56,322 nt of DNA from an uncultured virus (IMG/VR IMGVR_UViG_2061766007_000564) (Duplodnaviria; Heunggongvirae; Uroviricota; Caudoviricetes), in IMG/VR virus record IMGVR_UViG_2061766007_000564, one strand, 5' to 3'. Shown piece after piece: positions 30,801 to 42,700 of this stretch. Under the pieces are notes generated by a model, which was not told where the DNA came from, searched no databases, and saw only the letters and a program-made list of their open reading frames with translations. The translations under genes were made by a program, and so were the position numbers. Position 1 is the stretch's first letter; every line of letters begins with the position of its first letter.

Positions 30801-33367
30801 GACAACGTAAGCTTCGACGTACCGGCCGTGTCCGGTGCCGCGGCAGGCCTTGTCTACCTCCCGGTCGACCCCGGGATGTCCGTGATGTACATAGGCGACT
30901 ACTGGATGGAAATTGCGAGCATATCCGATGCCGGGGACGGGACGTACGTATTCTCCCTGAACGGAGATATCCCGCCGCTTTCCGTCGGTGACAGTGTCAC
31001 CGTATATGACGCGGATGTCGCCTGCGGCAAGACGACCGGAAAGGAGAGCTTCGCCGTTACCGTTACGGGAATAGTCACGGTGGACGAATCCAGGGCGGCG
31101 ACCGTCACCTGCACCTGCACTGATGCATCGCTTTCCGCACAGCTGGGCGACTCGCTGCAGTTGCGCAGGCAAATCGCGGCCGGCGACTACGTCATGGTTG
31201 ACGGGGCAATCTACCGCGTATCCGCCGGTGAATGGCAGGAGAAGGAACGCAACGACCTTTCCGTGCCGTCCGTGCTGATGTCCAAGGAGAACCTGATGGA
31301 TGTCACCGAGACCAACCCGGAATTCGCTCTCGGCGACGATATCCGTATCGACGCAATCATCCCGGAAAGTGCCGACATTGCCGTAGTTCGCCTGAAGGAC
31401 ATGCTGCCGCACTTTACCGTGGAGAACGCATCCGCAATCAACGGGCGCACCATGGTGAAGGTGAGAAACGTCACGCCCAGCCAGTACAACGGCTGGCATA
31501 CGGTCACTGAGGTAATCGGCCCGAAGGCGTTCAGGATGGCGGTTCGGCTTTCCGAATCCGCGGTGACCGAGGGTATCGGCATCAACGGGGAGGAGATGTA
31601 CCTCAACGAGGGACGCTGGTATGCGTTCACTGTGAACGGTGTAGACTGGGACAAGGTCAGCAACCGGGTAACCTACTCGCTGAACAACACGATTGAGGCC
31701 GGGCAGACCGGCGATACGCTAGTGACCAAGTTCGAGCATCGGCTCGAGAAGGGCGACCACGTCATTGTCGGGGAGATGGATACCATCGTTTCCGCCGACG
31801 AGGACAACAAGGCGGAGGCCGCCTCCGGCATACGGACTTGCGTGGTGTCGAACGTTATCGGGAAGACCGGCCTGCAGCTTGTCGACCNNNNNNNNNNGTC
31901 CGCGGTGGTCGAGGGTACCGGCATCAACGGGGAGGAGATGTACCTCAACGAGGGACGCTGGTATGCGTNNNNNNNNNNTGTCGGGGAATCCGGTTACAGG
32001 GTTCGACCGGGAAGTCTGCATAGCGCGTGGCGTGGTGCTGACGGCCCGCGAGGACGACCTCGGCTCGCTCCGCAACGAGTATACCAGGAACCTGGCGTCA
32101 TTGGGCGGGACGAAGTACAGGTTCCGCTCGGGTGACATCGTGGTAGCGCTGGCGCAGCAGAACCCGTGCGAAGTGAAGGCATGGAGGGTTGTCGCCGACG
32201 ACAGCTGGCAGCCCATCAGGGCGAAGCGCTCGCTGAAGGTCAATTCCCTCGGCGTACACAGCTACGGCAACGGCGCATACAACGGCGTCGACGTGGAGGC
32301 GGACGAGGATACCGTCAAGTACAACACGTACAGCGACGTAGATGTCGCCGGGTTCCCGGGGGACGTCTACGTGGCGGGATACCGGTGCGTCGAGAAGCAG
32401 AACTTCTCCCGCCCGCACCTCGAAGACCTGGACACCACAAGGGACGCCAATACCGAGTACTCGTCCGGAGAGGACTTTTCCAACGTGTCGCCGAGGCACA
32501 ACATGAAGGCTTCCTTCAAGGGGGTGCCGGCGATGAAGTACCCGCTGGTCGAGAAGATTGAGCGCCTGTGCTACCTGCGCGATGCCCACGTCATTGACTA
32601 CGACATGATTGAGTACCTCGCCAGGTTCCTTGGCTACGATATCACCGCGCTCGGTGCGGACGTGGCGGAGAGCAACCTGTACGCCACCAAGAGCGAGAGG
32701 GAGATGGCGGTGAGGGAGACCGTGGCTAACCTCCCGCAGTACTACGCCCTCGGCGGCACCAAGTCCGGCCTCCATATGCTTATGAGTGCGTTCGGCGTGA
32801 TAGCCGACGTTCTGACACTGTGGACGGACGCCAACAGCCCGTATTCCGAGCTGATTACNNNNNNNNNNAAGGGAGATGGCGGTGAGGGAGACCGTGGCTA
32901 ACCTCCCGCAATACTACGCCCTCGGCGGCACCAAGTCCGGCCTCCATATGCTTATGAGCGCGTTTGGTGTGATAGCCGATGTTCTGACCCTGTGGACGGA
33001 CGCCAACAGCCCGTATTCCGAGCTGATTACCAGGGACGAGGTGATTGCCCGAATGGAGGACGGCGATTCCGGCAAGTGGGTGCCCAGCCCGTACATCGAC
33101 ATCGAGGTGACGAACAACGCTGCGTTGCCGCAGTTCTCGGTCACCCAGAGCGACATCGAGCGTATCCGGGAGCAAATCAGGGTGTTCAAGCCAATCAACG
33201 TGGTATTCCGGGATTTCCTGTACAAGATTGTGGATACGGCCAAGGTAAGGCCGACCATATCCTTCGGGGAGATATCCGGGTCGAGCGATTGCGGGGCAAT
33301 ATCGAGCAGCGGCAATCCGCTTGACATACAGTATTCGGAAGATTACCTGAATACATGCGCATTCTAG
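27819..33367 (+). CDS. Very large baseplate wedge initiator, gp7-like (gapped, duplicated pieces)
   Basis: Follows gp6 (TGATG coupling). N-terminal EYIPEFL..ELLQVMSDY and C-terminal D..IDYDMIEYLARFLGY..NLPQYY..GTK..I..FKPINV wedge motifs, with inserted beta domains. Confidence 0.7.
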
Positions 33368-33370
33368 AGC

Positions 33371-33398
33371 AAAATCCCGGGATTGCCCGGGATTTTTT
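33371..33398 (+). terminator. Intrinsic terminator
   Basis: AAAATCCCGGG-attg-CCCGGGATTTTTT. Confidence 0.75.
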
Positions 33399-33464
33399 CT
33401 TTATGTGGCGGTTTGGTGGTATATAAACTAGTTTTTTGAATGAAAATAGCCGGAAACTAGTCGC

Positions 33465-36400
33465 ATGAACAAGATTACGCTAACTGCCAGAGGCAGGGAA
33501 ATCCTTTCGCAAAACACGCTTCAGGGCGGTGAAGCTTACTGGGTTGGATACTTTGGCCTGGCCTACGTGCCGGACCAGAGCAAGTTCGACACGGACTCGA
33601 CTTGGTTAATCGGTAACGACGAACAGGGCGACTACATCTACAACCTCTGGCAGGGCGACCTGGTGAACGAGGGCCATTCAATCGCTTCGGACAACCTCCG
33701 CAAGCTGACGATGTATGACCGCAACATCACCTCAAATTTCCGCTACATGTACGACGACGAGAATGATTGCAACCGTCTTGTCACCTGGACTACCAAGGAC
33801 GACAGCGAATCCGGCTCCTCGTCATATGTCAGGGAAGGATACCATATTTACAACGGCATTACCCAGGGCGATTCCAACAATGCGGGCGATACTGTTACCG
33901 ATTCCGAGCTGCCATGCCCGGCACCCCTGTTCTATGCGGGAGGTTCCGCATCGTACGGTACGGCTCCGGAGAATCCGGCAGACTTCATGAGCACCGTATC
34001 TACAGACTGGCCGAAATGCAAGGTAAATGGTGACGATTGTCCGATGGTTACGCCGGACATGAGGGCATATCCCGGGACATGGGCGGGAGCTACCGGTTCT
34101 GGCTGGAACTGGGTACCGCAAAATGCGGGCAAGTACGATACCTTGCCGTCCTATATTACCCGGAAGACTGTTGCTGGCGAAGACGGCGCCGAATCACTCG
34201 ACCAGTATGCCAAGTTCCTCAGCGTATCCAATTTCAACAAGGAACACGGCCACGTATCGGCCGAGGGCTACAATGTCGGCTACCAGGAATCCTGTCACAA
34301 CATGTCCATGGTTACCCGGCTGTTCCCCATCGCCAGCTACGAGCTTACAGCTACGAGCGAGCCGTCGACTAATGACCCTAACAGGAGCGAACGCGGCAGC
34401 GCGAAGAGCATCAAGTACGTAATCCGGATGGACCTGAAATCCGCATATCAGGGCGTCCGCGCATATCTCGATACCTTGACCTACCAGAAGAGCGATACCG
34501 AAGGGGTTGACCCGGAAGACATCGCGCTGTATACGTCCAAGAAACCGAACTCCTTCAAGTTCAACCGTATCGGTATTTACGCGGTTCCCGTCACAATCAG
34601 GCATTTCTACAAGGAAGGCGATGCCGCTAACCGTAAGGACTGCAGGGCGACCCATTACCAGATGGAGATTTCACCGGATGCGAAGCCCGAACTGTTCGCC
34701 GTGATGCAGGTCGACGAAGTGTGCATGTCGGAAGACGGCTCTTTCGGCCTCAGCGACTACAATACGACTTTCGTGCTCAACCTGGAAAANNNNNNNNNNC
34801 CCGGATGCGAAGCCAGAACTGTTCGCGGTGATGCAGGTCGACGAAGTGTGCATGTCGGAAGACGGTTCTTTCGGCCTCAGCGACTACAATACGACTTTCG
34901 TGCTCAACCTGGAAAANNNNNNNNNNTCGTATCTGCCGACTGGCCGAAATGTACCGTACCCGAAGGTGAATGCCCGATGGTTACGCCGGACATGAGGGCA
35001 TATCCCGGGACATGGGCGGGGGCTACCGGTCCTGGCTGGAACTGGGTCCCGCAAAATGCGGGCAAGTACGATACCTTACCGTCCTATATTACCCGGAAAA
35101 CTGCTGCGGGCGAAGACGGCGCCGAATCACTCGACCAGTATGCCAAGTTCCTCAGCGTNNNNNNNNNNACAGGGCGAATCCAACAATGCTGGCGATACTG
35201 TTACCGAATCCGAGCTGCCTTGCCCGGCACCCCTGTTCTATGCGGGAGGTTCCGCATCGTACGGTACGGCTCCGGGGAATCCGGCAGACTTCATGAACAC
35301 CGTATCTGCTGACTGGCCGAAATGTACTGTATCCGGCGGTGAATGTCCTATGGTTACACCGGACATGAGGGCATATCCCGGGACATGGGCGGGGGCTACC
35401 GGTTCTGACTGGGACTGGGTCCCGCAAAATGCGGGCAAGTACGATACCTTGCCGTCATATATTACCCGGAAGACTGCTGCGGGCGAAGACGGCGCCGAAT
35501 CGCTCGACCAGTATGCCAAGTTCCTCAGCGTATCCAATTTCAACAAGGAACANNNNNNNNNNNNNNNNNNNNNNNNNNNNNNNNNNNNNNNNNNNNNNNN
35601 NNNNNNNNNNNNNNNNNNNNNNNNNNNNNNNNNNNNNNNNNNNNNNNNNNCGTATCGGGCAATACTTCCCTCTGCACCAACCCGGAAGTGTACTACAACC
35701 TTGCCGAGAACGAGGCCATTACCTGGTACCAGAACCAGCTTATCGCTACGGCCGGGCTGTCCGAGGCGGTTACCAACCTTAGCGTGAACATGGCCCACCT
35801 GATGAATAATCGTCCCAACACATCATGTGGCGAATGTAGCTTCAGCGACAGCACTAGCAACGTGGACGTGCCATCATATGGAGTATTTACTGAAACTTAC
35901 GATGGGCTGGTGCCGAAGTCATCCGAGGCGGGCGATACAGACAAGTTCTTGAAGGGAGACGGCACATGGGCTGTACCGGTGGTTAGTCAGCCAATGCCTA
36001 TTATTATTCGTGACGTGGATTTACCGCTATACGCTGCAGGTAAAAGATATGCACCGGATTATAGCCGTGCTAGACTTACCATACTGAAAAGCGATGGATT
36101 TCATGCCATAAATCAAGATGGACATGAGAGCTTGTTTAACAACGTTACATGGGATTACAGTAAACGAGGTTCGAGCTTTGAGCATTTCAGTTTTGGCGCT
36201 GCCAATCAACTTGTGTGGTATACATGGGGTGCCCTGTANNNNNNNNNNACCGCTATACGCTGCAGATAAAAGATATGCGCCAAATTATAGCCGTGCTAGA
36301 CTTACCATACTGAAAAGCGATGGATTTCATGTCATAACTCAAGATGGACATGAGAGCTTGTTTGAGAACGTTACATGGGATTACAGTAAACGAGGTTCGA

Positions 36401-37173
36401 GTTCTGAGCATTTTAGTTTTGGCGCTGCCAATCAACTTGTGTGGTATACATGGGGTGCCCTGTATGACGAGGACAAAACACCTAATGTGATAAATAACAA
36501 CAACAGGACGCTTTATCTGGATACAACAACTTTGTTGCCCGGAGTCGTATACGAAATCGTGATAAAGATTTGCGCAATTGGCAGTGACATGATAAATATG
36601 ATTACTACCGGGNNNNNNNNNNGCCTAACGTGATAAATAACAACAATAGGACGCTTTATCTGGATACAACAACTTTTCTGCCCGGAGTCGTATACGAAAT
36701 CGTGATAAAGATTTGTGCAATTGGCAGTGACACGATAAATATGATTACTACCGGGAATAACGGATTTGGTATCTATTTCTACAATGATTTAGACGGTAGC
36801 GGCAATGAATGTTTGGAAAACTGGTATAAATGGGCGGATGTTTCTGCGGAGAGCCCGATATACTATGCACTTTATCCAAACTTTGAGTTATACGTGGAGC
36901 CAACCGATGGTTCTGCTCACAGACCATTGTATGCTGGAAATAATAGTTCCGGCAGTGGTGGGACAGAACCCGTGCTTGCGTCAGCCACAATTCATTTTGT
37001 AAAGGTTGATNNNNNNNNNNGTATACTATGCACTTTATCCAAACTTTGAGTTATACGTGGAACCAACCGATGTGTCTGCTCACAGACCATTGTATGATGG
37101 AAATAATAGTTCCGGTAGTGGTAGGACAGAACCCGTGCTTGCGTCAGCCACAATTCATTTTGTAAAGGTTGAT
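33465..37173 (+). CDS. Baseplate/tail-fibre protein with variable AT-rich C-terminal domain (fragmented, 2-3 haplotypes interleaved)
   Basis: MNKITLTARGREIL N-terminus, FKFNRIGIYA..LFA motif, GLVPK..DKFLKGDGTW fibre motif. TATAAACTA at 33422-33430. The 3' end is lost in a gap. Confidence 0.65.
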
Positions 37174-37183
37174 NNNNNNNNNN

Positions 37184-37912
37184 ATGCGGGTATGAACATA
37201 TATCTTCATGATGGGGTCATCCTGTCCGGAAAGGTTGGCGGTGACGAGATGTCTCACCCAAAATACAGGGAATCCCTGCAGCATTACGTAAACCGGCTAC
37301 TTGAAAAGAACATTTTTCCTCACATTTCGTAACTTTTTCGATAAATGGCATAGTTTACCTCGCAGAGAACTTCCTTTGAGAGGATTTTGCANNNNNNNNN
37401 NATTTCACATGGTCAGACTGGATATATACCCAAGTTTCTCGATGTATTTGGGACGGACAGTAACATACTGTTCGTTTTTGATGCTATGACTGATGCCGAC
37501 CTGCATCTTGTGCAATCGGCGGGCATACCTTATGTTTGCGTACTGAATGAGGGAAACCGGCCGTTAAATCGTAATACCGGACTGCGATACTGGGAGCAAA
37601 ATGCTGCCGTGCGTGACGATGATGTAATAGAGTTCTTTGATGGTGACAGGGTACCGGTCAAATATATGCCCGATTCAGTACCGGATGACTGGGATGTTCT
37701 CCTGTATACATGTGAAAATGACCGACGACTGGAAAAGCTGAAAATAGGAAAGGTAACCACGAATGTCCTATGTAACCCGTTTTATTCATGCGGGTTTGCC
37801 ATGAAGTACGGCGCAGTAAAGAAAATCTACGGGATGAATGACGGCAGTCTATTCGATGAGTCATTTACCCAATGGGGGTGCGAGGACCAGTACCTTGGCG
37901 TTATGTGCGGAC
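37184..37912 (+). CDS. GT-A fold glycosyltransferase (GT2 / Glyco_transf_7C-like); pieces scaffolded out of order
   Basis: 37402-37912 has NRNTG..FFDGD (DxD)..FDESFTQWGCEDQYLG. It ends tgc gga c and joins in frame to at gcg ggt at 37184 (CGHAGMNIY...PHIS*, stop 37331). Confidence 0.72.
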
Positions 37913-37922
37913 NNNNNNNNNN

Positions 37923-38355
37923 CTGCCAGGGAAGCGTCGCCTACAAGGTGTACATGAACCGCAATACCGCCAAGACCTACCTTGACGGCTTCATCCAGGC
38001 CTTCCCGGAAGACCCGAAATGGTTCGAATACACCCAGAAGCACGACAGCGTGTATGCCGAGGCCAACGTGCAGACGGCAGCCGACCTCGCCGCCCTTCCC
38101 CAGGAAAAGCAGGCGGAAATCACAGAAGCCGTGGCAAAAATCGATGCCGAATACAAGGAAGTCATCGAAAAGAACCGCGCCTTGGAGGCAGAACGCCGCA
38201 AGACCCTCGACGAGATGGTGGAAGTGGACCTCTACACGGTAAAGCCGACCGACATCCATATCAAGGGTGAAAACTCCTGGGAAATCTGGGAAATCCTCTA
38301 CAACGACGGCAACGGCATCATCCGCGATGACGAAGCCAAGCCGATGGAGGCATAA
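37923..38355 (+). CDS. Hypothetical helical protein (5' end in gap), possible fibre assembly factor
   Basis: Open frame with strong codon bias ending 3 nt before the GT2-TPR start. The probable RBS (GAGGA) is at about 37380 on the displaced piece. Confidence 0.55.
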
Positions 38356-38358
38356 CAT

Positions 38359-39660
38359 ATGGCAACACTGAGTGCTTGCATTGTCGTCAAGAACGGCAAG
38401 GGCAGCATACTCAGGTGCCTGGACGCGTTGCTGCCCATGGCAAATGAGTATGTCGTAGTGGATACCGGCTCAGTTGACGGTACACTGGAACTCATTGCCG
38501 ACTGGCAGAAACGCCATCCTAAGCAGAGGCTTATCCTCGACAAGGTGGGCCGGAAGTTCCACGATGCCGACGGAGTGTTTGACTTCGGCGCGGCAAAGGA
38601 CTATGCAATCTCCCTTGCCACGTGCCAATACGTCATGTGGGTGGATGTCAACGACATCCTCCTGGACGGGAAGCACGCCAGGGAGCTGTTCCAGAAAATC
38701 GTCTCGAAGTATCCAACGGCCGGCATCAGCATGCTGACCAAGGTCACTCCGACCCATTCGTTCCCNNNNNNNNNNCAAGCAGAGGCTTATCCTCGACAAG
38801 GTGGGCCGGAAGTTCCACGATGCAGANNNNNNNNNNTAGGCTGCGTATCCTGCCGAGGGAAAGTGCCAAGTTCAAGGGGATTATCCACGAGATGGTGGTC
38901 AACACCAACCCGGANNNNNNNNNNGAGGCTGCGCATCCTTCCGAGGGAAAGCGCCAAGTTCAAGGGGATTATCCACGAGATGGTGGTCAACACCAACCCG
39001 GACGCCCCCACGATACATACCAAGTGCACTTTCGAGAACTACAAGTCCAGCAGGGACATCCTCCGCAATATCGCCGGGCTCAAGAAGTCCTGGGAACAGG
39101 AACGCACCCAGCGCACGGCGTTCTATTTCGGCAATTCCTATATCGACCTGAAGGACTACGGGCACGCATACGAATGGTACAGCGTGGCTGTAGACGCCTT
39201 TCCCGACCAGCACAACGAGGACAGGCTGAAGTCGATGGAACAGATTTGCTCAATGATTGTGGCCACCAGGACAGACCTGGAGGAACTCGGTGCCCGCTCG
39301 CTGCAGCTAATCGAGGAGTTCCCTACCCGGGGCGAAGGATACTATTACAGGGCCCGGTACAATTTCGAGACCGGGAACTACAACATGGCCCTCAAGTGCC
39401 TCGACCAGCTGATGACCATCAAGGCGCCAAAGATGCACAACCTCTGGCTCAACTCGAAGATATACGACAAGGAGGAAATCCGCTCGATTATCTTCATGGT
39501 GAAGGAGGAACTGCAGCGCAACGAGTCGGCCAGCCTAATCGACGCCGACCCGATGCAGCCCGACATGATAGACGCCGGATACGGCTACGGGGGGTATGAC
39601 GGGATGCCCGCCCACCTGAATTTCGGCACTACCGCGCCGGGATACAACGCGTTCATTTAA
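38359..39660 (+). CDS. GT2 glycosyltransferase with C-terminal TPR repeats
   Basis: LSACIVVKN..RCL..EYVVVDTGSVDGT..DFGAAKDYAISLAT..VMWVD..FKGIIHE, followed by TPR-like helices (AFYFGNSYIDLKDY..A..WY; EGYYYRARYNF..NY..A..C). Confidence 0.88.
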   Translation: MATLSACIVVKNGKGSILRCLDALLPMANEYVVVDTGSVDGTLELIADWQKRHPKQRLILDKVGRKFHDADGVFDFGAAKDYAISLATCQYVMWVDVNDILLDGKHARELFQKIVSKYPTAGISMLTKVTPTHSFXXXXQAEAYPRQGGPEVPRCRXXXXGCVSCRGKVPSSRGLSTRWWSTPTRXXXXRLRILPRESAKFKGIIHEMVVNTNPDAPTIHTKCTFENYKSSRDILRNIAGLKKSWEQERTQRTAFYFGNSYIDLKDYGHAYEWYSVAVDAFPDQHNEDRLKSMEQICSMIVATRTDLEELGARSLQLIEEFPTRGEGYYYRARYNFETGNYNMALKCLDQLMTIKAPKMHNLWLNSKIYDKEEIRSIIFMVKEELQRNESASLIDADPMQPDMIDAGYGYGGYDGMPAHLNFGTTAPGYNAFI

Positions 39661-39662
39661 GC

Positions 39663-39691
39663 GGGGGCGGTGAGGAACCGCCCTTCTTTTT
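39663..39691 (+). terminator. Intrinsic terminator
   Basis: GGGCGGT-gagga-ACCGCCC plus T run. Confidence 0.7.
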
Positions 39692-39742
39692 GGCCCACAA
39701 CAATCATAAACTACGGAAAACTGACTGTCCAAGGTACTAGCG

Positions 39743-42700
39743 ATGAACACTCTTTACGACTTGGTTACTAAAATCGACGCGCTTACGGCAAATTCGCAGC
39801 AAGTCCTGAACGCCCTAATCAGGTCATGCGTGGCCTCCGGGTCGTCCAGCGGCTACAAGGTGAAAAAATACGGCGAGGAGATAGAGCTGGACCGGGCGGA
39901 CATCTACCATCTTTACGATTTCTACCAGTCATGGGAGGCCGAGGGCTTCCCGTCCGACGAGTCCGAGTTCAATTCGCTGCTCGCCAGGGCAGATGCCCGC
40001 TGGAGGGTCGGCGAGGGCGATACGAGTACCCTGGCCAGCGACGCCGTCGCCAAGCACGCGAAGATTCTGTACCTCACCAAGGAACAGGCTGCCAAGCTGG
40101 AGGACGAGAATACCAGGGAAGCGACCGAGGCTCAGCTGAATACGAGCTACTGGGTCAACCGGATTAGGGAATCCGCTACACCGAAGGGCACCATTTCTAG
40201 TGCGCCAATCCCCCTCAACCTGCGTACCCCGCTGTACGACGAGAACCTTTCGGTCAAGTCTTTCAGTCAGTTCGAGACTTACCTGTTCCCCATGGGCTAC
40301 CACCGTGCGGAAATCCTCGGGACACCCGGGAACGGCGAGGACTATGTCGCCGGCGGACGCAACTGGACTATCGACGCCACTGACTTCCTTACGCTCAGCG
40401 GGAACCATATCCTGCTCGGCAACAACAGCCTCCCAGTAAACAAGCTAGACGGATACGGCGACAAGAGCCTCAATATCAGCTGGGGCAACGAGAGCTACGC
40501 CTTCGGTAANNNNNNNNNNCGCGCCAATCCCTCTCAACCTGCGTACCCCGCTGTACGACGAAAACCTATCGGTCAAGTCTTTCAGTCAGTTCGAGACTTA
40601 CCTGTTCCCCATGGGCTANNNNNNNNNNNNNNNNNNNNNNNNNNNNNNNNNNNNNNNNNNNNNNNNNNNNNNNNNNNNNNNNNNNNNNNNNNNNNNNNNN
40701 NNNNNNNNNNCACAAACAAGCTAGAAGGATACGGTGACAAGAGCCTCAATATCAGCTGGGGCAACGAGAGCTACGCCTTCGGTAACCTGTCGCTCGCCTT
40801 CGGCGACCATTCCGTGGCGCAGGCAGACGGTTCGCTCATATTCGGCAACCACTGCTATGGCCAGGGAGTAGACTCGTTCATTGCCGGCGGCGACCGCAAT
40901 CGCACGGTCATGGACAACGCGTTCGCGACGAACCAGCGCAATACGGCTGTTGCCAAGAACAGCTTTGCGGCAAATTACAACAACTATGCCGGCGGCTGGG
41001 GTTACGACTTTACCTTTATCGGGTCCGCCGACGCGAACGTGGTGAATACCGAGTGCGACGTGACCTATATCGAGTCCGAGGACGTTTGCGTATCGAATAA
41101 GACTGTAACCGATGTGCTCGGCGACAGTGCACTATATAAGGTGCTCTGCATTTCTGCTGATGAAGTGAATCTTGCAAAGCTTCCGTTTGCGGAAACCATG
41201 CAGGTGGGCGACTATGTCGCCATCTATGACATGTGGGTAAAGAAGGATGGTTTCCANNNNNNNNNNCGTGACGCTTGCCAAGCTTCCGTTTGAGGAAGCC
41301 ATGCAGGTAGGCGACTATGTCGCCATCTATGACATGTGGGTAAAGAAGGATGGTTTCCAGAATACTGCCACTAGCATCGACGGGTATGCCGCCGATACGG
41401 TGATTGCCAAGATTACCAATATTACAAGGGTTAACATCGAGGGCACTAGTGACCTGGACCACTATGAAGTCACACTGTCCACTTCGGTTCCTATCAAGAG
41501 CAAGAGCGGCGTGTTTGGGGGCGGAACGGTTTCCTCATACATGAGAAATGTTGTCCGGCATGATATCGACGGAAATCTCCTGGACAGGGACGACGTGTTA
41601 CTTGGACTCAACTCGACTACCTTCGGGCATGGCCATTCTGCAATCGGGCATAACCAGACCGTTGTGGGCCAGATNNNNNNNNNNGAATGTTGTCCGGCAT
41701 GATATCGACGGGAATCTCCTGGACAGGGACGACGTGTTGCTTGGACTCAATTCGACTACTTTTGGGCATGGCCATTCTGCAATCGGGCATAACCAGACCG
41801 TTGTGGGCCAGATGAGCGTTCCGAATATCGACGCAAAGTTTGTCGTCGGCACAGGCAGCTCTTACATATTTAGCAAGGACGAGGACATATACAGGTCAAA
41901 TTCGCTCGTTATCGGCGATACNNNNNNNNNNTGAGGGCACTCGTGCCCTGGACCACTATGAAGTCACTCTGTCCACTTCGGTTCCTATCAAGAGCAAGAA
42001 CGGCGTGTTTGGGGGCGGAACGGTTTCCACATACATGAGGAATGTTGTCCGTCATGATATCGACGGGAATCTCCTGGACAGGGACGACGTGTTACTTGGA
42101 CTCAACTCGACTACCTTNNNNNNNNNNNNNNNNNNNNNNNNNNNNNNNNNNNNNNNNNNNNNNNNNNNNNNNNNNNNNNNNNNNNNNNNNNNNNNNNNNN
42201 NNNNNNNNNNNNNNNNNNNNNNNNNNNNNNNNNNNNNNNNNNNNNNCATGAAGCTGGCCAACGGCAGGAGCTATATCGGTGTGTCCACACATAGCCAGCA
42301 AATCGATGACATGGGGGCGGACGATAATGGGACGGTGACATTGCCTAAGGGAACGGTGATGGCCACCAGGGACAAGTACACTCAGGATTCAACCAGGGTA
42401 TCCACCGATTCGAAGCTTGCATTCATGCNNNNNNNNNNCGTTGTCCGGCATGATATCGATGGGAATCTCCTGGACAGGGATGACGTGTTACTTGGACTCA
42501 ACTCGACTACCTTTGGACATGGCCATTCTGCAATCGGGCATAACCAGACCGTTGTGGGCCAGATGAGCGTTCCGAATATCGACGCAAAGTTTGTCGTCGG
42601 TACAGGCAGCTCCTACATATTCAGCAAGGACGAGGACATATACAGGTCAAATTCGCTCGTTATCGGCGATACGTACAGCTATATGAAGCTGGCCAACGGC

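Noticed and set aside
3876..33327. Long antisense or alternative-frame ORFs in the track (e.g. 3876-4652, 10784-11707, 29439-30419, 30504-31499)
   Set aside because: They shadow well-supported genes with strong third-position GC bias, and lack RBSs and family motifs.
11571..33398. Recurring CCCGGG-containing palindromes as a mobile repeat family
   Set aside because: They sit at gene ends with T/A tails and are adequately explained as intrinsic terminators in a CCGG-rich genome.
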